Assembly: GCF_026571515.1 (NCBI RefSeq)
Contig: NW_026852008.1
Coordinates: 682,001 to 746,000, forward strand
DNA: 64,000 bases
DNA from: Ruditapes philippinarum
Lineage: Eukaryota
Direction: 5' to 3'
A model generated the notes under the pieces. The model saw only the letters and a list, made by a program, of their open reading frames with translations, was not told the DNA's origin and made no database searches. The translations under genes were made by a program, and so were the position numbers. Shown piece after piece: positions 14,201-25,661 of this stretch (positions are counted from its first letter, which is position 1; the number at the start of each line of letters is the position of its first letter).

Positions 14201-16367
14201 TGTGTTATTTAGTTTCCCTGCCTAGTAAGGAAATTATGTTTATACAACCTTGTCATATTATTACGATGTGGGATTTTAAAGTAAATCCTATAAGGAATGA
14301 AGAAGTTGGAGTAAAAAATACCAATTTCTCGAAAAAAATCTAAGTTCAAGGAGGACATAATTCTGGAAATAGTCTTGCTAGAGTATTTAACCTTCTCAAA
14401 AATGTTGAGTGATAATAAGAAACATATATATGAAGTTTGTAGTAGATACATTAGGAAATAAAGAAGTTATTTAAAAAAGACAACATTTTTTTCATAAAAA
14501 TTCTAAGTTCAAGGGAGGTAATACTGATAATTTTTGTGCTAGAGTTGTAAACCTTGTCACATATGATGTGGTTGATGACCAGAAACTTATATTTAAAGTT
14601 TGAAGTAAACACCTTAAGAAATAAAGAACTTATAGTGAAAAAGCTGAAAAATTGAAATCTTGAAATCCAGGCTATTTGTTGCTATAGCAACCAGAATTTT
14701 CAACATAGAAAGAAAAGAAAAAGATGTGCATAATCTGCAGACTGCCATCTACCCATATTTTAAGTTTCATAAAAATATTTTCAGTACTTTTTGAGTTATC
14801 ACTGGATCCAGTTTATGTGTTAAATTTGCCATATTTTCAGACTATTTGTTGCCATAGCAACCAGAATTTTCAACATAGGAAGAAAAGAAAAAGACGTGCA
14901 TAATCTCCATACTGCCATCTATCCATATATCAAGTTTCATAAAAATATTTTCAGTTCTTTTTGCGTTATCGCGGGATCCAGTTTTGTGGACGGACGGACT
15001 GACGGACTGACAGACAGACTGACAGATGGACAGACAGACGGACGGAGGGTAAACCTAAAGTCCCCTCCGGTTAAACCGGTAGGGGACTAATAATCTGTCA
15101 ATTCTTTACTTGTAATTGAAGATTACAAGACATCTCCCCACTATATTAACATTAACTCCTACCTGTATTCGTTTTACATCTCTAGCTGCAATGTTGTAAA
15201 TATAATGCTCTGTACCAAGAACTTTGGCATGGCACTTAATGTTGCAACTCTGGACAAAGCCTCTCTGACTCTCTTCTCCACTGATAAGTCGACGGACAAC
15301 ATCCCCTGGCATCAATGATCTGTCTGTAAGGATTACCTAGAAATAGAAATAACAGATGATAATAGATTATTATAACATACTTAACTTTATTTCAATATTC
15401 CTCTGACAGAAACTGAACACAAGTCATCACCATATTTTACTGTTAACAAGAGCAAATGACAGTGGTGGCGCGATAGCTCAGTTGGTAAGACTTCTGACTA
15501 ATACTCTTGAGGTCCTGAGTTCTTTCCTGGATAACCACCTTGGGATTTTTCAGAGACACTTTCAGTGTTTCCCACCAACCTAGAAGTGTACTTGTAAGAA
15601 ATCCAGGTACTCCTTGCATGTATCAGTGCTATACACTGGGCATGTAAAGGAATCAAGGTGTCTATCCAATAAGAGCTAGGGACTTGTACCTCATAGCTGT
15701 CTCTCAATACCATGTATACAATGTATACCTGCTTAGTGTAATTTAAAAGAGAAAAACAATTCTGAAGCAGTATGACATGTCTATGTCCCCACAACGGGTT
15801 TGACATTAACAGAAGATTGATAGATATAATGTTTTGTACCACAGTGATCTTCTCAGATTGACATATCTGTGGTGCTGTCTTACAGATAGATTTACAAAAG
15901 AAATAGTGACCAGTGACCTTCATTTGCTTCAGTCTTTTAACTGTCAACCATTTTTATCAAATGATACATGCATCTGATCTTCATGATATCCGAAAATCGA
16001 CATATCCGAATAATAAAGTTAACAATTATATCATACTATTTTCAAGTTAACATCCTAGCATCTTCAACGTATTTACCTATATTAATTTTAACAAACGCGG
16101 TAAAAACATGAAAAATGTAATAAAGTCATGTACATGTCATGATAGATTCTTCAAGTTCATCACCTTATTTTCAGGCACGACAGTCTCATCTCCTCTGGGA
16201 TGCCATGCAACTTTAACTTGGCCCTTTTGGACTCGATTTTCATCATCACTGTCGTCTTCATCACTGCTTATGTATTCAGAACTTTCCACAATCAACCCGT
16301 ACTTGAATCCACCAGATGAAGTAGGAATGCATACTTCATCCTCATCGAAAATGCTGCAGGCAGCCAT
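2264..16367 (-). CDS. UBE2O: E2/E3 hybrid ubiquitin-conjugating enzyme UBE2O, coding exons 1-10 (gene continues past left edge)
   Basis: Phase-consistent GT-AG exons: 16367-16164, 15336-15163, 13744-13647, 13162-13102, 12723-12568, 9925-9810, 7500-6900, 6698-6596, 5118-5010, 2369-2264. Motifs typical of UBE2O: KVAWHPRG, LTDRSLMPGDVVRR, FYPGQ, VMWQDGSVE..PSPELYPIHHLDELEFFPGDFV, YGVV...DHKERTAMVKW, SVFDIKDHPDYKFR. Confidence 0.93.
2575..4480 (-). mobile_element. Outer HINE-like element interrupted by a nested element
   Basis: Left end CAAGAGCTGTCGGTAGGACAGC hairpin followed by GCTCGACTATTC; right end GCCGAC repeats and GAATGGTCGAGCT (inverted match to GCTCGACTATTC). The repeat unit is broken at 2839 and resumes at ~4108. 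Confidence 0.65.
2840..4105 (-). mobile_element. Nested HINE-like element with ~170 bp tandem array
   Basis: About 6 units (TTTGACCTCTAAGTG at ~3043, 3213, 3382, 3552, 3721), a (GACG)n microsatellite at ~4035-4056, and a terminal TCCCCC...GGGGGA hairpin. Confidence 0.75.
5310..6515 (-). mobile_element. HINE-like element with ~173 bp tandem array
   Basis: AACAAG plus CATGGCAATGCCATG hairpin at left, about 6 units, (CGCC)n and an AACCAGTTTTT..GAAAACCTGGTT hairpin at right. Confidence 0.75.
8019..9780 (-). mobile_element. HINE-like element carrying a 13-bp minisatellite and a 163-bp array
   Basis: AACAAGAGCCACCGCCGGGCGG end; 163-bp units (TTCAAAAATAACAAAG at ~9007, 9170, 9333, 9496); (AACGGC)n near the right end. 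Confidence 0.7.
8219..8850. repeat. 13-bp minisatellite (GTCACGTGGTGGA)n, ~48 units
   Basis: Directly visible tandem repeat; each intact unit contains the E-box CACGTG. Confidence 0.95.
10003..12380 (-). mobile_element. HINE-like element with highly homogeneous ~166 bp array (~13-14 units)
   Basis: AACAAGAGGGCCATGATGGCCCT hairpin end; ATCAATGACC recurs at ~10995, 11161, 11327...12155. The right end appears truncated. Confidence 0.8.
13334..13545. mobile_element. TTAA-bounded MITE-like repeat (piggyBac-type ends, degenerate)
   Basis: Starts TTAACCCTT and ends GTTAA; a related internal sequence recurs at ~56840-56985. Confidence 0.45.
14052..15091 (-). mobile_element. HINE-like element
   Basis: Subterminal inverted repeat AGTCCCCTACCGGTT (~14088) / AACCGGTAGGGGACT (~15075), (GACG/GACA)n microsatellite at ~14989-15045, and internal duplicated units. 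Confidence 0.75.
15464..15700 (+). mobile_element. Degenerate tRNA-derived SINE
   Basis: GCGATAGCTCAGTTGGTAAGA A-box, CTAATAC anticodon-like loop, decayed B-box GAGTTC; no intact acceptor stem. Confidence 0.4.
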
Positions 16368-16893
16368 CTTGAAAAAAATTATAGTGATGACTAATTTCTG
16401 TATCTTACGTTCAACTTACCCGAATATGTCAATTGGGCGCATTTGTTGCCGATAAACTTAGTTTGGTTTCAAACCCGTTTTGTAAACCCTACATTTGTTT
16501 TTCAGTTTTTCACTTAAACTAAAACTGATTTAGTTGTTTTTAGAAGCGGAAACAAGAACCGGTTTAGCAAACTGATCAAACTGCCTCCAGATGCAGTTTG
16601 ATCGGTTTAGGTTGTCCGAACATACATGCACTTTCCTGGAAAAATGGCGGCAGCCAAACATTAAGGAATGTTGGACCAAAATTCAAATCGGTAATTGACA
16701 AATGAGCATAATTTTTTAAACATTTTAAGCGGAACAGTAATGTTACTTATTAGTTGCAAAGTTGTATGACACAGCTTATAATGCTTTATAAGTATAACTT
16801 GTAATGTTGCATTTATAATCTAGAAGTATAGACGAAACGTACTCGAGTCTCAACGTACCCAGCATTAAAAAGTCAAAGTAGAGATCTACTTAA

Positions 16894-18921
16894 GGTGACA
16901 ACGGAGTCAATTATTACTGAAAATACCTAAAATGAGATTCTTTGCTTAGTAGACTTATCAACCTTTTCTGAACACATTCGTGATTTAATTTTGGAAGCAG
17001 TTAGTCCAAAAAATGTTTTTTTTAAACGTTTTAAAACGGTACCTGTACCATTTTTATCTGCTATTCGCGTAACCTGTCAATTATCGATAACGCTCCGCCC
17101 CCTGTTGAGGCATCAATGAGGGAAATCGGTAGTTCCATGTATCCGTGAATTACCCGTCCATACTGGTCCATACTACTCGTAATTCATGTATCGTACAAAT
17201 ACCGTACATCTTTTATGAATATCGTCTACCTTTTATTAAGCATTTTTATAAAATAAGAAATTGTTCGGCCAATGTACGTAACATAATGTATGAAACATAA
17301 ATAATTAAGCATAGCGGCAAAATCGCACGACCACGGGTTGATTTAAAATATAGTTGCTAAAATATCCATAATGTGTGAAAATAATTTGTCTGTCCCGTTA
17401 ATCTGATAGATATTACATTGAGTTTATGGACTTTTGTACGGATTCATCGGCTTGCTTTACATTCAACTTCGTTTTCTAACAATGTCATGTAAAACAACAT
17501 ATATGTCTTATTTTTGGCAATAAAATATGTTTAAATCAAAAAACAACAACAAAAACAGACAACATTTTTATGTGAACGCCTATATGACTTGTGGTAAGGT
17601 GTCCCTGACAAATTTCTAAACCATTTTAGATTGTTTAAGGATGATCATTTCTCTATGAATCAATAAAAAAAGATATTAATATATACTATCAGTGAATGCT
17701 CTGAATAAATTGTTCGCCAGTAAATCGAACACAGTACTAATAAACCTGGGACAAAGTATGGAATTTATTGTATATCCCAGTAGAACCTGGATATCTATGC
17801 CGTGCATAGATGATTTTCATGATAAAAGAAGTCATAAAGGTCAGATCATAATGATCGAGTGATACCTTTTATTTCTATTATAATATGTCAAGCATTTATT
17901 TCAATTTGAAGGAAGAAATATATAATATCTCGTTTTTATTTTTACATTTACCATGGACTTTAAAAGACCATCAGAAGCTCAGTTTTTTGTTATTTTAATT
18001 TATATTTTAACGGAATTTCATACACGAATACACAGACAGAGTGACACTGGTATAATATAATAATAATGCTGATGATAATAATAATAATCTTCAAAAGTGA
18101 AACAATTATAAATACCCCGCTAGCGGTGCGCAAATACGTTCCATTTCCCCCCACCGAGTGCCTCAAATTTTACCGAAAGTCACGTGACATGTGCGACCGA
18201 CAGTAAATCACGTTAAGATTTGAAGAAATTTCTGTTATAAACTGATATTAATCAGCAACTTTTTAATTGGTCAGATGTCACTGGGTCATAAAATGTTGTT
18301 AGAGTATGTTAGCGCAACTTGTGACCCTCTCTGGTGCGATATTTGTGTATTATGCAATTATTTAGCTTGAAACGTAGGGGTCCGAGAGAGAACAGCCGAT
18401 TTATGACACTTCGTTTGATGCGGGTCGGACTAACTTTGAATCGGCATAACTTTTTTAATAATCAAGCAATTAACATGCGGTTTAAAGCACATGAAAGGGA
18501 ATTTATTTACGGAGGGAACCGTGTCAGGGATTTTTGTTTGCTCAATCAGCGACTTAATTATCTTTAATTACGTAATATGTATGGTGAAAAAAGTCGCATA
18601 AAATGTTTGACGTTACGTAATATTTTTTTGAGAAAAGATAGAAAAAATTTGAGACACGGTTCCCCAGATATTATAAGTATGTTTATTTTCCAAAAGTTTG
18701 ATGACAAAAAAATAAAAAAATGACTTTGATATGACGATTTAAAATTTTAGGATTTTTATTAAAAATCAATCATTTACAAAGTCATTTTTTTCAAATATGT
18801 TATTTTTTATGTTGATCAACGACATTTAATGCACAAAGATTAAATAAATAACAATTATTATTAAAATAAGTTGGTTTCAATGACATTTATTTGAGTACCA
18901 CGGAAAGTGTCTGTTGTCACC
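16894..18921. mobile_element. Non-autonomous Kolobok-type DNA transposon nested in the Harbinger
   Basis: TTAA (16890-16893) GGTGACAACGGA ... TCTGTTGTCACC TTAA (18922-18925): 12-bp TIR with 1 mismatch, purine-purine termini and TTAA duplication; no long ORF. Confidence 0.75.
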
Positions 18922-19097
18922 TTAACATATATCACAAAATATTCTCTTCTATATTTTAGTTTTAATATTTAAAAAGTAGCTATTTATGTGATGAAATTAA
19001 GTATTCTTTAATAATTTACTTCTCACTCTCAGTCCTGTAATAAATTACGTTGAACTGTTGAATTATTATTTTCTAAGGATTCTTACTTTATTTCAGT

Positions 19098-19688
19098 ATC
19101 ACAGAACGAAATATTGCAAAGCCCAAGTTTTCAGTGGACGAGACCTGCTGTTCTTAGGTTAATAGCACTTTATAAAGAGAATGAAGCAAAATTTCAGAAA
19201 CCAGCTATTAAGAAAAAGACAGTTTGGCAAGAAATTGCAAACAAAATTACTGAACACCTGTTACCAGTAACATGGCAGCAGTGTGAACAAAAATGGAAAA
19301 ACATGACAAAAGCATACAGAGACACAATCGATAATAACCGAAAATCTGGTGCTGATAGAAAGGAATGCCCTTTCTTTAAAGAAATTGGAGAAATATATGG
19401 GTACAGACCAAATGTTACTCCATTACATTGTGAAGGATCAATGGCTGAAGCTGGTGAAAGTGAATCTAGCACAGGTAGTGAAGAACCAGGAGCTTCTACA
19501 TGTAGTTCGCCGATCAAGAAAAAAAAGCAGAAAACAAGAAAAAACAAAACCGATACAGTAATACAGTTAATAGAAGATATGAAAGAAGAGCAAAGGGAGT
19601 TAATAACTGAATAAGAAAGCAACATGAAGATAGAATGACAACTGAAAAACAGAAAATTGAACTTTTGTCAAAATTACTGAAAGATTGA
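19098..19688 (+). pseudogene. Harbinger Myb/SANT-like (trihelix) DNA-binding protein, main exon; frameshifted near C-terminus
   Basis: Acceptor TTTCAG at 19092-19097, then WTRPAVLRLIALY..KKTVWQEIA..VTWQQCEQKWKNMTKAY..CPFFKEI. The ORF stops at 19614, but a shifted frame continues IRKQHEDRMTTEKQKIELLSKLLKD* to 19688. Probable first exon 16644-16690 (also frameshifted) matches in phase. Confidence 0.85.
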
Positions 19689-19705
19689 AGTTAAGAAAGC
19701 TGGAC

Positions 19706-19915
19706 AACAGTATTGCTTGTTTTAAAATGCTCAGCACCTAGAACTGATTGCGTTTTAATATGCTCAGCACATAAAATGGTATGGCTTGCTTGAAAATGCT
19801 CAACACTTAGAACAGTACAGCTTGTTGAAAAACGTTCAACATAAAGAAGAGTATCACTTATTTGAAAGTAATTTACACATATAACAGTATCACCTGTTTG
19901 AAAATGATCAACATG
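19706..19915. repeat. Degenerate ~36-bp tandem repeat (~6 units) inside the Harbinger
   Basis: AACAGTA..CTTGTTTGAAAATGCTCAACAC-like units downstream of the Myb stop codon. Confidence 0.7.
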
Positions 19916-21592
19916 TAGTACGCAATCACTTGATTAAGTATCTGTTTGCTGGATTGTTAATGTGCTAATTCATTCTGTTTTGGAAGTTCTGTCTGAAGAA
20001 CAGACATTAGTGTTTTGAAATTTATAAAACCTTACTCAGTTTTCTTGTTAAAGTAAGATGGTTAGTTTTTAAAGTGTTCTAACATTTCATTTCAACTAGG
20101 CAGCAGATTACCTGCCAAATTTGTTTGCTAATTTTTGCCCAGTTTAAGGTCCAGGTGTTCTTATATCTACTTTGTTGACTTAATTGGTCATTTTGTGTTT
20201 CTTGCAAAGAATGCACCTGACTAACATTCTTTAGATATCCAAAATGTACAGTGTTTTTAAAATTAAATGATAAAAGTAATGATTTTCTCAGTTCTGCCAT
20301 AGACTTAATATGATTCAGTTATGAATTGTGCTCCATTCAAAACATGGCTTTAAAAGGATTTAAGAAGGAAGTTCTGCGTGGTTTTATTAATAGTATAGTG
20401 GAAACTTCTTTATAAACGTATGTACATGTATAAAGCAAGTTTTCTTGACATGCTGTAAAAATTGTTGTGGCCTTCTAGTTTATTTTTTGTAAGATCAACT
20501 ATACTGCAGTAAATATTATTAAAATGATTTTAGGAATTTCAAACCTATGGAATTTATAATATGCCCCATTGAACAGCTGTAGGGCGATATATGTGTGTTT
20601 TTCTGTGTGTGCTCACTTCTGCGAGTCGTATTAGCTTCATATCTTTTAAACTGCTTAAAGATTTTGAATTTATTTGTGTATTTGCTATTGAGATAATGTG
20701 TCCAGTACAGTTTTAAGCTATACTGACACAATTTCAATATAGTACTTGAGCTTCAAACTTCCACTTTACAATGGTTATATGTTAAGTCTCCACATCTTAT
20801 CTCTCTTAACTGCCTGAAGTAATTTAGCAGAAATGTTTAACATAATGAAATGGCGTGTGTTTATTGGTCCATTCTTGTAACAGTTCAAGGTCATGCAGAC
20901 ACAGGGCAGAGCGCAAGTTTAAATGGTAAAGATATGCTTGGCACTCATCGTTGTTGTACACAGTAGCTGATACCAATACCTTTGCAGACAGAACTTATAT
21001 ATCTTTTAATATTTTAAGATAGACTTTGAATTTGCATTTTAGCAAATATCAGCTAAATGATGGAAACAAACTTCCTGTTGTAAGAAAACCAGTTTCGAAA
21101 TTCAAGTATACTTGTTTTTATTTGAGCTTTATTTGATCATTTATTATTGTGGAAACTACAATCGTACGATGAACCCTTGTTTGTGCTAACAGTTTTTAAT
21201 GCCCTTGTCTTTTTTAAAGTTTTAGGGTAAATTGACTCGACATATACTTTTTTTTAGACATGTTTAGTTATGACATGTGAGTTATTTCTCAGATGTGAGA
21301 AGGTGGAAATCAATATTGTTCTAGATTTTTTTCACAACTGATCATATTTTCATTGGAGATTCTTTATTTTACTTTTAAGACTTGTAGGAAAAAGTGTACA
21401 GTGTACAAGATTAATTAAGAAAATTTCTTTTCTGTTACATGTGTTGTTATGTTTATAACATTAAGTTAAATAAAAGAGAAACACAGCTTATGAATGTTTT
21501 CTTTTTAATTTTGACTAAATCAGTTATGTATTATCTTATCTGTAAATAATACTGCCACTTGGTATACACAATAATGCATGTACTGTTCAAAG

Positions 21593-22736
21593 TTACAAAA
21601 GGTCGGCAATGGCTTTTCGTTTCACGTCAGCTGACGCACATGTTTTACAAATGTCCATAAAATTGTTGACCTCTTCGTTGTCCTCGGCGCTATCCTGTAT
21701 GAATTCCAGGATGTCCTCAGCACTGTTGTACAGACAAAGTTGATGAAGACAACAACAACTTAGTATGTACAACATGCACAATAGCTTTGATGTCTGTCAG
21801 ATCCACAAATTTCAGTCTGCGAAAGCGTCCTTTCAGAGCTCCAAAAGCTCTTTCTATGCAGATTCTTGTTGAACTATGTTTGTAATTGTACCTTTTCTGG
21901 ATTTCATTGAGGTTTCCAAAGTCCTTAAAAGGTACCATTAACCAGTTGGATAGGCTGAATCTCCAAGTAGATGTGTGTTGATGGGAAACATGTAGATTTC
22001 TTCACTTTCAGCTGCTGAAGCACTCTTGAATAACGGGGAATTTCTAAGGACTCGTGCATCGTGCACTGACCCAGGTCACCCGCAATATACATCTAAAAAC
22101 TTAAGGTTACAGTCGCAAACTGCTTGAAGTATCAAGGAGGGTAACCTTTTCTGTGAATATAGTTTTCTGGGAATTCTGTTGGGGTGCGGATAGGGATATG
22201 ACTTCCATCAATCGCTCCAATGACACCTGGAAAAACCATTGATTTCCTGGAATCCATCTACAGTTCTATCAGCTGTCCGTTTCTCTGGCCATTTCACTAA
22301 ATCTGGTAGCAAGTGTTTACAAATTTTCTCTGAAATTTCATGAATGCATTTGTGAACAGAATACTCGCATACCCCCAAATATATCTGCCAAAGCTTGATA
22401 CGTCTGTTGTGTTGATATATACTTGACATATATTAGCAGTTTCTTTTCAACGCATATTTCCCCTTTACCTATGTATGGAATCATTTGTTCTACTAATGAG
22501 TCGAATGTTTCCCTACTGATTCGGAATCTGTCCTTAAAATCATCAACACTATAATATGGCAATACTCCCTCCACATAGTTCTGGATTCGTTTTTTTCTTT
22601 CTCTAAATGTTGTGGTGGCAACGGCCATGCTACAAACTGTGTTCCTGGTTATTTTTTGTAGCAAAAGAATATTGTCATCGTATTCAGAACACATTAATTC
22701 TTCTAAAATTAGATATCAGGATACATTGTCCACCAT
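21593..22736 (-). pseudogene. Harbinger/HARBI1-like DDE transposase, disrupted
   Basis: Across frames it reads DDFKDRFRISRETF..LADIFG..VIGAIDGSHIPI..LQAVCD..FLDVYCG*PGSVHDARVL..LLGDSAY..YNYKHSSTRICIERAFGALKGRFRRL..CCCLHQLC. There are in-frame TGA stops at codon 7 and at 22076-22078, plus several frameshifts. Confidence 0.92.
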
Positions 22737-23977
22737 TTTTACTTGATAAACCCACAGTTTGGTGATTAAAACTAAACAGGTTTCAGGTTGATCCTAATAA
22801 CACTAAACTGCAAACCTATAACATGAACTGGTTTATCGGCAACAAATGCGCTCAATGAGTGCATATCATATCATACTTTAGTTTTCACACCCAAAATACA
22901 ACTATATTTTGTAGTTTAAACTAAATCATGTATCATGTGAAGACGCGAATCTAAAAATTAGGGTGCTTAAGTCTGTTCAAAATAACCAAACTATCACCTC
23001 CTTATGTGTGGTCTTTGAGTGTCTCCATTAGGAAGATAATGAAATCAGCATTTTTAGTCCGATTACAGTACAGTACACTTTATATGTATACACAATGTTT
23101 TTGAATTTCTTAAACTTAGAAAATTACTTGTTAAAGTTTTATATGCAACATAAATCTTTGAAAATACGGAAAATATTCACTTCAAACTTTAAACATGTCT
23201 TTAGGATCATATTAGAAGGTCACCTTCCAAGGTCCGTAAATCAGACATTAATTTTTACTAAATTATGGCATTTGTGGAGACAATTCTGCGATGGAATTGA
23301 TCAGTATGTAATGTAATCATGACACTTCGTGTAAAATCCTTGTCTGATGAATAATTGAAATGGAATAAGCCACATGGTTTATATATATAACCTAAAAAGA
23401 TCATATTACAGCTGATCAGTAGATGACATCTAATAATTTTTTAAAAGGTTTAATATTGGGTCAAAAATTAGGGTCACAAAGACACTAATTAATGTACAAT
23501 CAGTGTCCAATCAATAACTTGTATATATGGCACTTTGACAGACAGGTGAAGTAGTAGGGGCATCATTGTCCTATGGCACATTTCTAGTTAATTAGGAAAA
23601 TTCATATAAATAGTGAAATCTGATTGGTTAATTATTGCATGCGAATGACTGAATTATTTTGTTTCCACCCCTTAGTAACTCATGGCCACGACAAAGTATT
23701 TCGTGTGCAGCACTTAATTATCTCGTGACCAACAACTGAGTAACTAGTGGCCACGACATAGTATCTTGTGCACACAAGATAAATATAAATGCTAAAGTTT
23801 CACCTCTGTGCCACCTTTGGTGTCTATTTGAGGAATAGTCTGCCTGTGTCCTTACAAGCTAGCCTTGGTTCAGACATCTATAAATGACCAGCTGCATCCC
23901 TTCTACCAGTTATAAGTAAATATTTTGTTTGTATTTGCATGGGTACATCCTTATAGTTTCAAAAAACAATTCAAAAC

Positions 23978-24151
23978 NNNNNNNNNNNNNNNNNNNNNNN
24001 NNNNNNNNNNNNNNNNNNNNNNNNNNNNNNNNNNNNNNNNNNNNNNNNNNNNNNNNNNNNNNNNNNNNNNNNNNNNNNNNNNNNNNNNNNNNNNNNNNNN
24101 NNNNNNNNNNNNNNNNNNNNNNNNNNNNNNNNNNNNNNNNNNNNNNNNNNN
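23978..24151. other. Assembly gap (174 N)
   Basis: Run of N. Confidence 1.
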
Positions 24152-24265
24152 TTTTGATTAACATCCAACTTTTGCAAATTGTACGGAATTCAGAACGTTA
24201 TGGAACGGAATATTACCAAAATGTTACTGGTTCCCCAATCGTAACACAGCGCAAAGTAAACAAAC

Positions 24266-24556
24266 ATGGCGACGAAATTTGGAAAAGTTGCTGCAAATTT
24301 TTGTGCAAAAAATAGGTCGCCAATCCTTGTAGTGTTAAATTCAACAAACCCAGGTTCAAAAGTAAGATGTTTATCACAAAACTGCACAACAATTCCAGGA
24401 CCTATTCCTCCAGAACCTCTAAAAAAGCAGCTAAGCATTCCCAAAGTTTTGCTTTTCATTGGAGCTGGTGTTTATGTAGGACAGTATGCTGCTAAGTCAT
24501 TTGCCGCTTTCCTAGAAGAAACAGAAATGTTTGTTCCAGATGATGACGATGATTAA
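24266..24556 (+). CDS. SMDT1: Essential MCU regulator EMRE (mitochondrial calcium uniporter subunit), single coding exon
   Basis: 96 aa: basic N-terminal presequence, GPIPPEP, one TM helix, and YVGQYAAKSFAAFLEETEMFVPDDDDD acidic C-terminus matching the EMRE signature. AATAAA at 24591-24596. Confidence 0.93.
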   Translation: MATKFGKVAANFCAKNRSPILVVLNSTNPGSKVRCLSQNCTTIPGPIPPEPLKKQLSIPKVLLFIGAGVYVGQYAAKSFAAFLEETEMFVPDDDDD

Positions 24557-24930
24557 AAAAATGATATAGTTAGGGTAAATTTTGTAAAATAATAAAATCT
24601 TTAAGTTGTTAAACAGTATAGATTAATCATTTAGATCTACTTAGTTTGCAACTTTATAAAAAATATTCTGCAGTAGATCTAGTCACTATAAATATTACGG
24701 AATGGTTGGCCGGTGAAACAGGGCGCTCACTGTCCGCCTCATCTCGAGTCATGGTCCGTCATGTCCAAAAAAATGGCCCGCCCAGTTCAAAAATGGTCGC
24801 CCTGTCTCACGGTCCGCTCTGTCCTATGACTGATATAATTTACAAGTGCCAGAGTTTCACTCTCCTACAAGTTGGAGCCCAAAACAATTCCTGTCAAGAC
24901 ATTTGATTTCCCATTTTTGCAAACTACAGA

Positions 24931-25661
24931 CATACATGCCATAATTTTTAGACTCATTTCTGGGAGATTTTTCATTTGGAGGTGTGGCATTGATCAGCAA
25001 ACGTATTTTTTTAAAAATGAACATAGTGGCATACAACCTATATTACCGGTACAACTAGCAAATTCAATGACACCATAAACAAAAGACAGAATGTCAATAA
25101 TTATTAACAGTTTTTCTATCTTAATTAAGTATTTAGGCATCGTTAATTCAATCAGTCACAGAATAGAATAATGCTATGTTAAGTACTGACAATTAGCCAT
25201 GTCGTTTAACTGAAACTTTCGCTGAATCTTGTAGATTTCATCACCTCATGTTTAGCGGTAATTTTCACGGTGTTTGACCACTAATAACTGCCTCCAGGCA
25301 GATTAAATTTATACTGGCCAGTTGTTAATTACAGTGTATGACACCTTCTCTCAGGAAGCCACAGGGAGTAAACAATTAATCTTTTAATTGCCGATAATTA
25401 TTTGTTGGAAAGGGCACGTAGATATACCAATCAAAGGATTAGTGTCACCATTGCGATACTGTTAGGGGATAATCGTTCGTTATTAGTGTTCTAGACTAGT
25501 TTATAAAAACTTGACAATAAAATTATATAAAAATGTAAAATTTCTTGCTTCAAAGTAGATTATTTTAGATTTTTTTTTTTTACCGGGACATAAATCATCT
25601 CCGGGACATACACTTTATTTCCGGGACTGTCCCGGACATCCGGGACGTTATAGCATGTATG
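24931..25661. mobile_element. Non-autonomous TIR element with 7-bp TSD (hAT-like)
   Basis: CATACATGCCATAA ... TTATAGCATGTATG, flanked by CTACAGA at 24924-24930 and 25662-25668; CCGGGAC subterminal repeats at 25583-25646. Confidence 0.8.

Larger units (their letters stand above)
16435..22853. mobile_element. PIF/Harbinger-superfamily DNA transposon (~6.4 kb, two convergent genes)
   Basis: TIRs GGGCGCATTTGTTGCCGATAAAC (16435-16457) and GTTTATCGGCAACAAATGCGCTC (22831-22853), 1 mismatch. They enclose a Myb/SANT gene (+) and a DDE_Tnp_4-type transposase (-). Confidence 0.92.

Noticed and set aside
16950-17000. Possible second Myb exon
   Set aside because: It lies inside the nested Kolobok-type element and breaks the splice phase.
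19706-19915. CRISPR-like 36-bp periodicity
   Set aside because: The units are contiguous and diverged with no unique spacers, there are no cas genes, and the context is eukaryotic.
23910-24315. ORFs spanning the N run
   Set aside because: Artefacts of the assembly gap.
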